From a bacterium (GTDB lineage: Archaea; Thermoproteota; Bathyarchaeia; 40CM-2-53-6), in assembly GCA_021323995.1 (NCBI GenBank), contig JAJPJY010000091.1, forward strand, positions 1-47,254: a DNA stretch of 47,254 nt, given 5' to 3'. The notes under the pieces were generated by a model. It saw only the letters and a program-made list of their open reading frames with translations, had not been told where the DNA came from and searched no databases. Numbering within the stretch: position 1 is the stretch's first letter; the number at the start of each line of letters is the position of its first letter. This document shows, one piece after another, positions 46,663 through 47,254 of the stretch. A program made the translations under genes and the position numbers.

Positions 46663-47254
46663 ACAATGCTCTAGCTACGAAAGAGTTCTCGTTCGATATT
46701 CTCAAAGGACTCATTATCAGTCCCGTATCGACGGGCTTCAACCTCGCGGTGATGGGACCTCCGGGGGTCGGCAAATCCACTCTCTGTCAAGAGCTTATCA
46801 GGGAAGCGTTCAAGTCAGGTCTTCGGTGTATCTACGTTATCACCAACAATCCGATCCCTCTCGTAAGGGAACAGCTTCGGGAGATGGGAGTTGCACCGGT
46901 CGCACGAAATGAACCGGTCATATTCGTCGACATGTACTCTTGGTTATTGGGCGAGAGGTCACCGGAGAGATTTCAGATCGACAACGCCTCGGACGTAGCC
47001 GCTCTCAGTGTCGTATTGTCGACCGCGGCAGAGACTGCAGGGGACAAGTCCTTCCTGATCTTCGATACACTTTCCACTCTGTTGGCATACAACTCCGAGG
47101 AGCTTACAATCCGATTCATGAAGTCGCATATTGCGAGGATGAAGAGACATGGCAACATCGGAGTCTATCCGATCGAGACAGGCATTCACAGCAACTCGTT
47201 CTACAATGAGGTCAAAGCAACCTTCGACGGGGTCCTAGAGCTAAAGCTTGAGGA
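46659..47254 (+). CDS. KaiC/RAD55-family ATPase, partial (runs off the window end; not in the ORF track)
   Basis: TTG start overlapping the UbiA stop; GPPGVGKST Walker A, FVDMYS, LIFDTLS Walker B, FDGVLEL. Confidence 0.88.
   Translation, partial: MNNALATKEFSFDILKGLIISPVSTGFNLAVMGPPGVGKSTLCQELIREAFKSGLRCIYVITNNPIPLVREQLREMGVAPVARNEPVIFVDMYSWLLGERSPERFQIDNASDVAALSVVLSTAAETAGDKSFLIFDTLSTLLAYNSEELTIRFMKSHIARMKRHGNIGVYPIETGIHSNSFYNEVKATFDGVLELKLE

Noticed and set aside
1..47254. CRISPR array, rRNA or IS transposase
   Set aside because: No regularly spaced repeats, rRNA signatures or transposase motifs seen by eye

Overview
Archaeal chromosomal window. Elf1, TiaS, a Tes-like radical SAM enzyme, BHB-type tRNA introns and frequent TTG/GTG starts point to a TACK-superphylum archaeon, possibly Bathyarchaeia-like; that assignment is inference. 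From left to right: (1) the end of a complex-I-like operon (nuoB-C-D-I) followed by an F420-binding FpoF/FrhB subunit, then serS and a VIT1/CCC1 transporter. (2) A ~15.5 kb integrated element (8153-23713) bounded by an 18/20 direct repeat in the intergenic region upstream of elf1. It encodes an atypical tyrosine integrase, an HK97-type prohead protease with a putative scaffold, and defence-like cargo (NYN RNase with a 5' hairpin, a type II R-M pair, a B3-like domain, DUF2130). I could not recognise a capsid, portal, terminase, tail or replicase gene, so it is a candidate archaeal virus satellite or reduced provirus. (3) Housekeeping genes, including an initiator tRNA-Met with three non-canonical introns next to tiaS. 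(4) A type IV pilus locus (prepilin peptidase, TrmB, four pilins, ATPase, two TadC-like proteins) with four KaiC/RAD55-like proteins, plus CruF-like and UbiA genes. All family calls come from motif recognition by eye; no searches were run.
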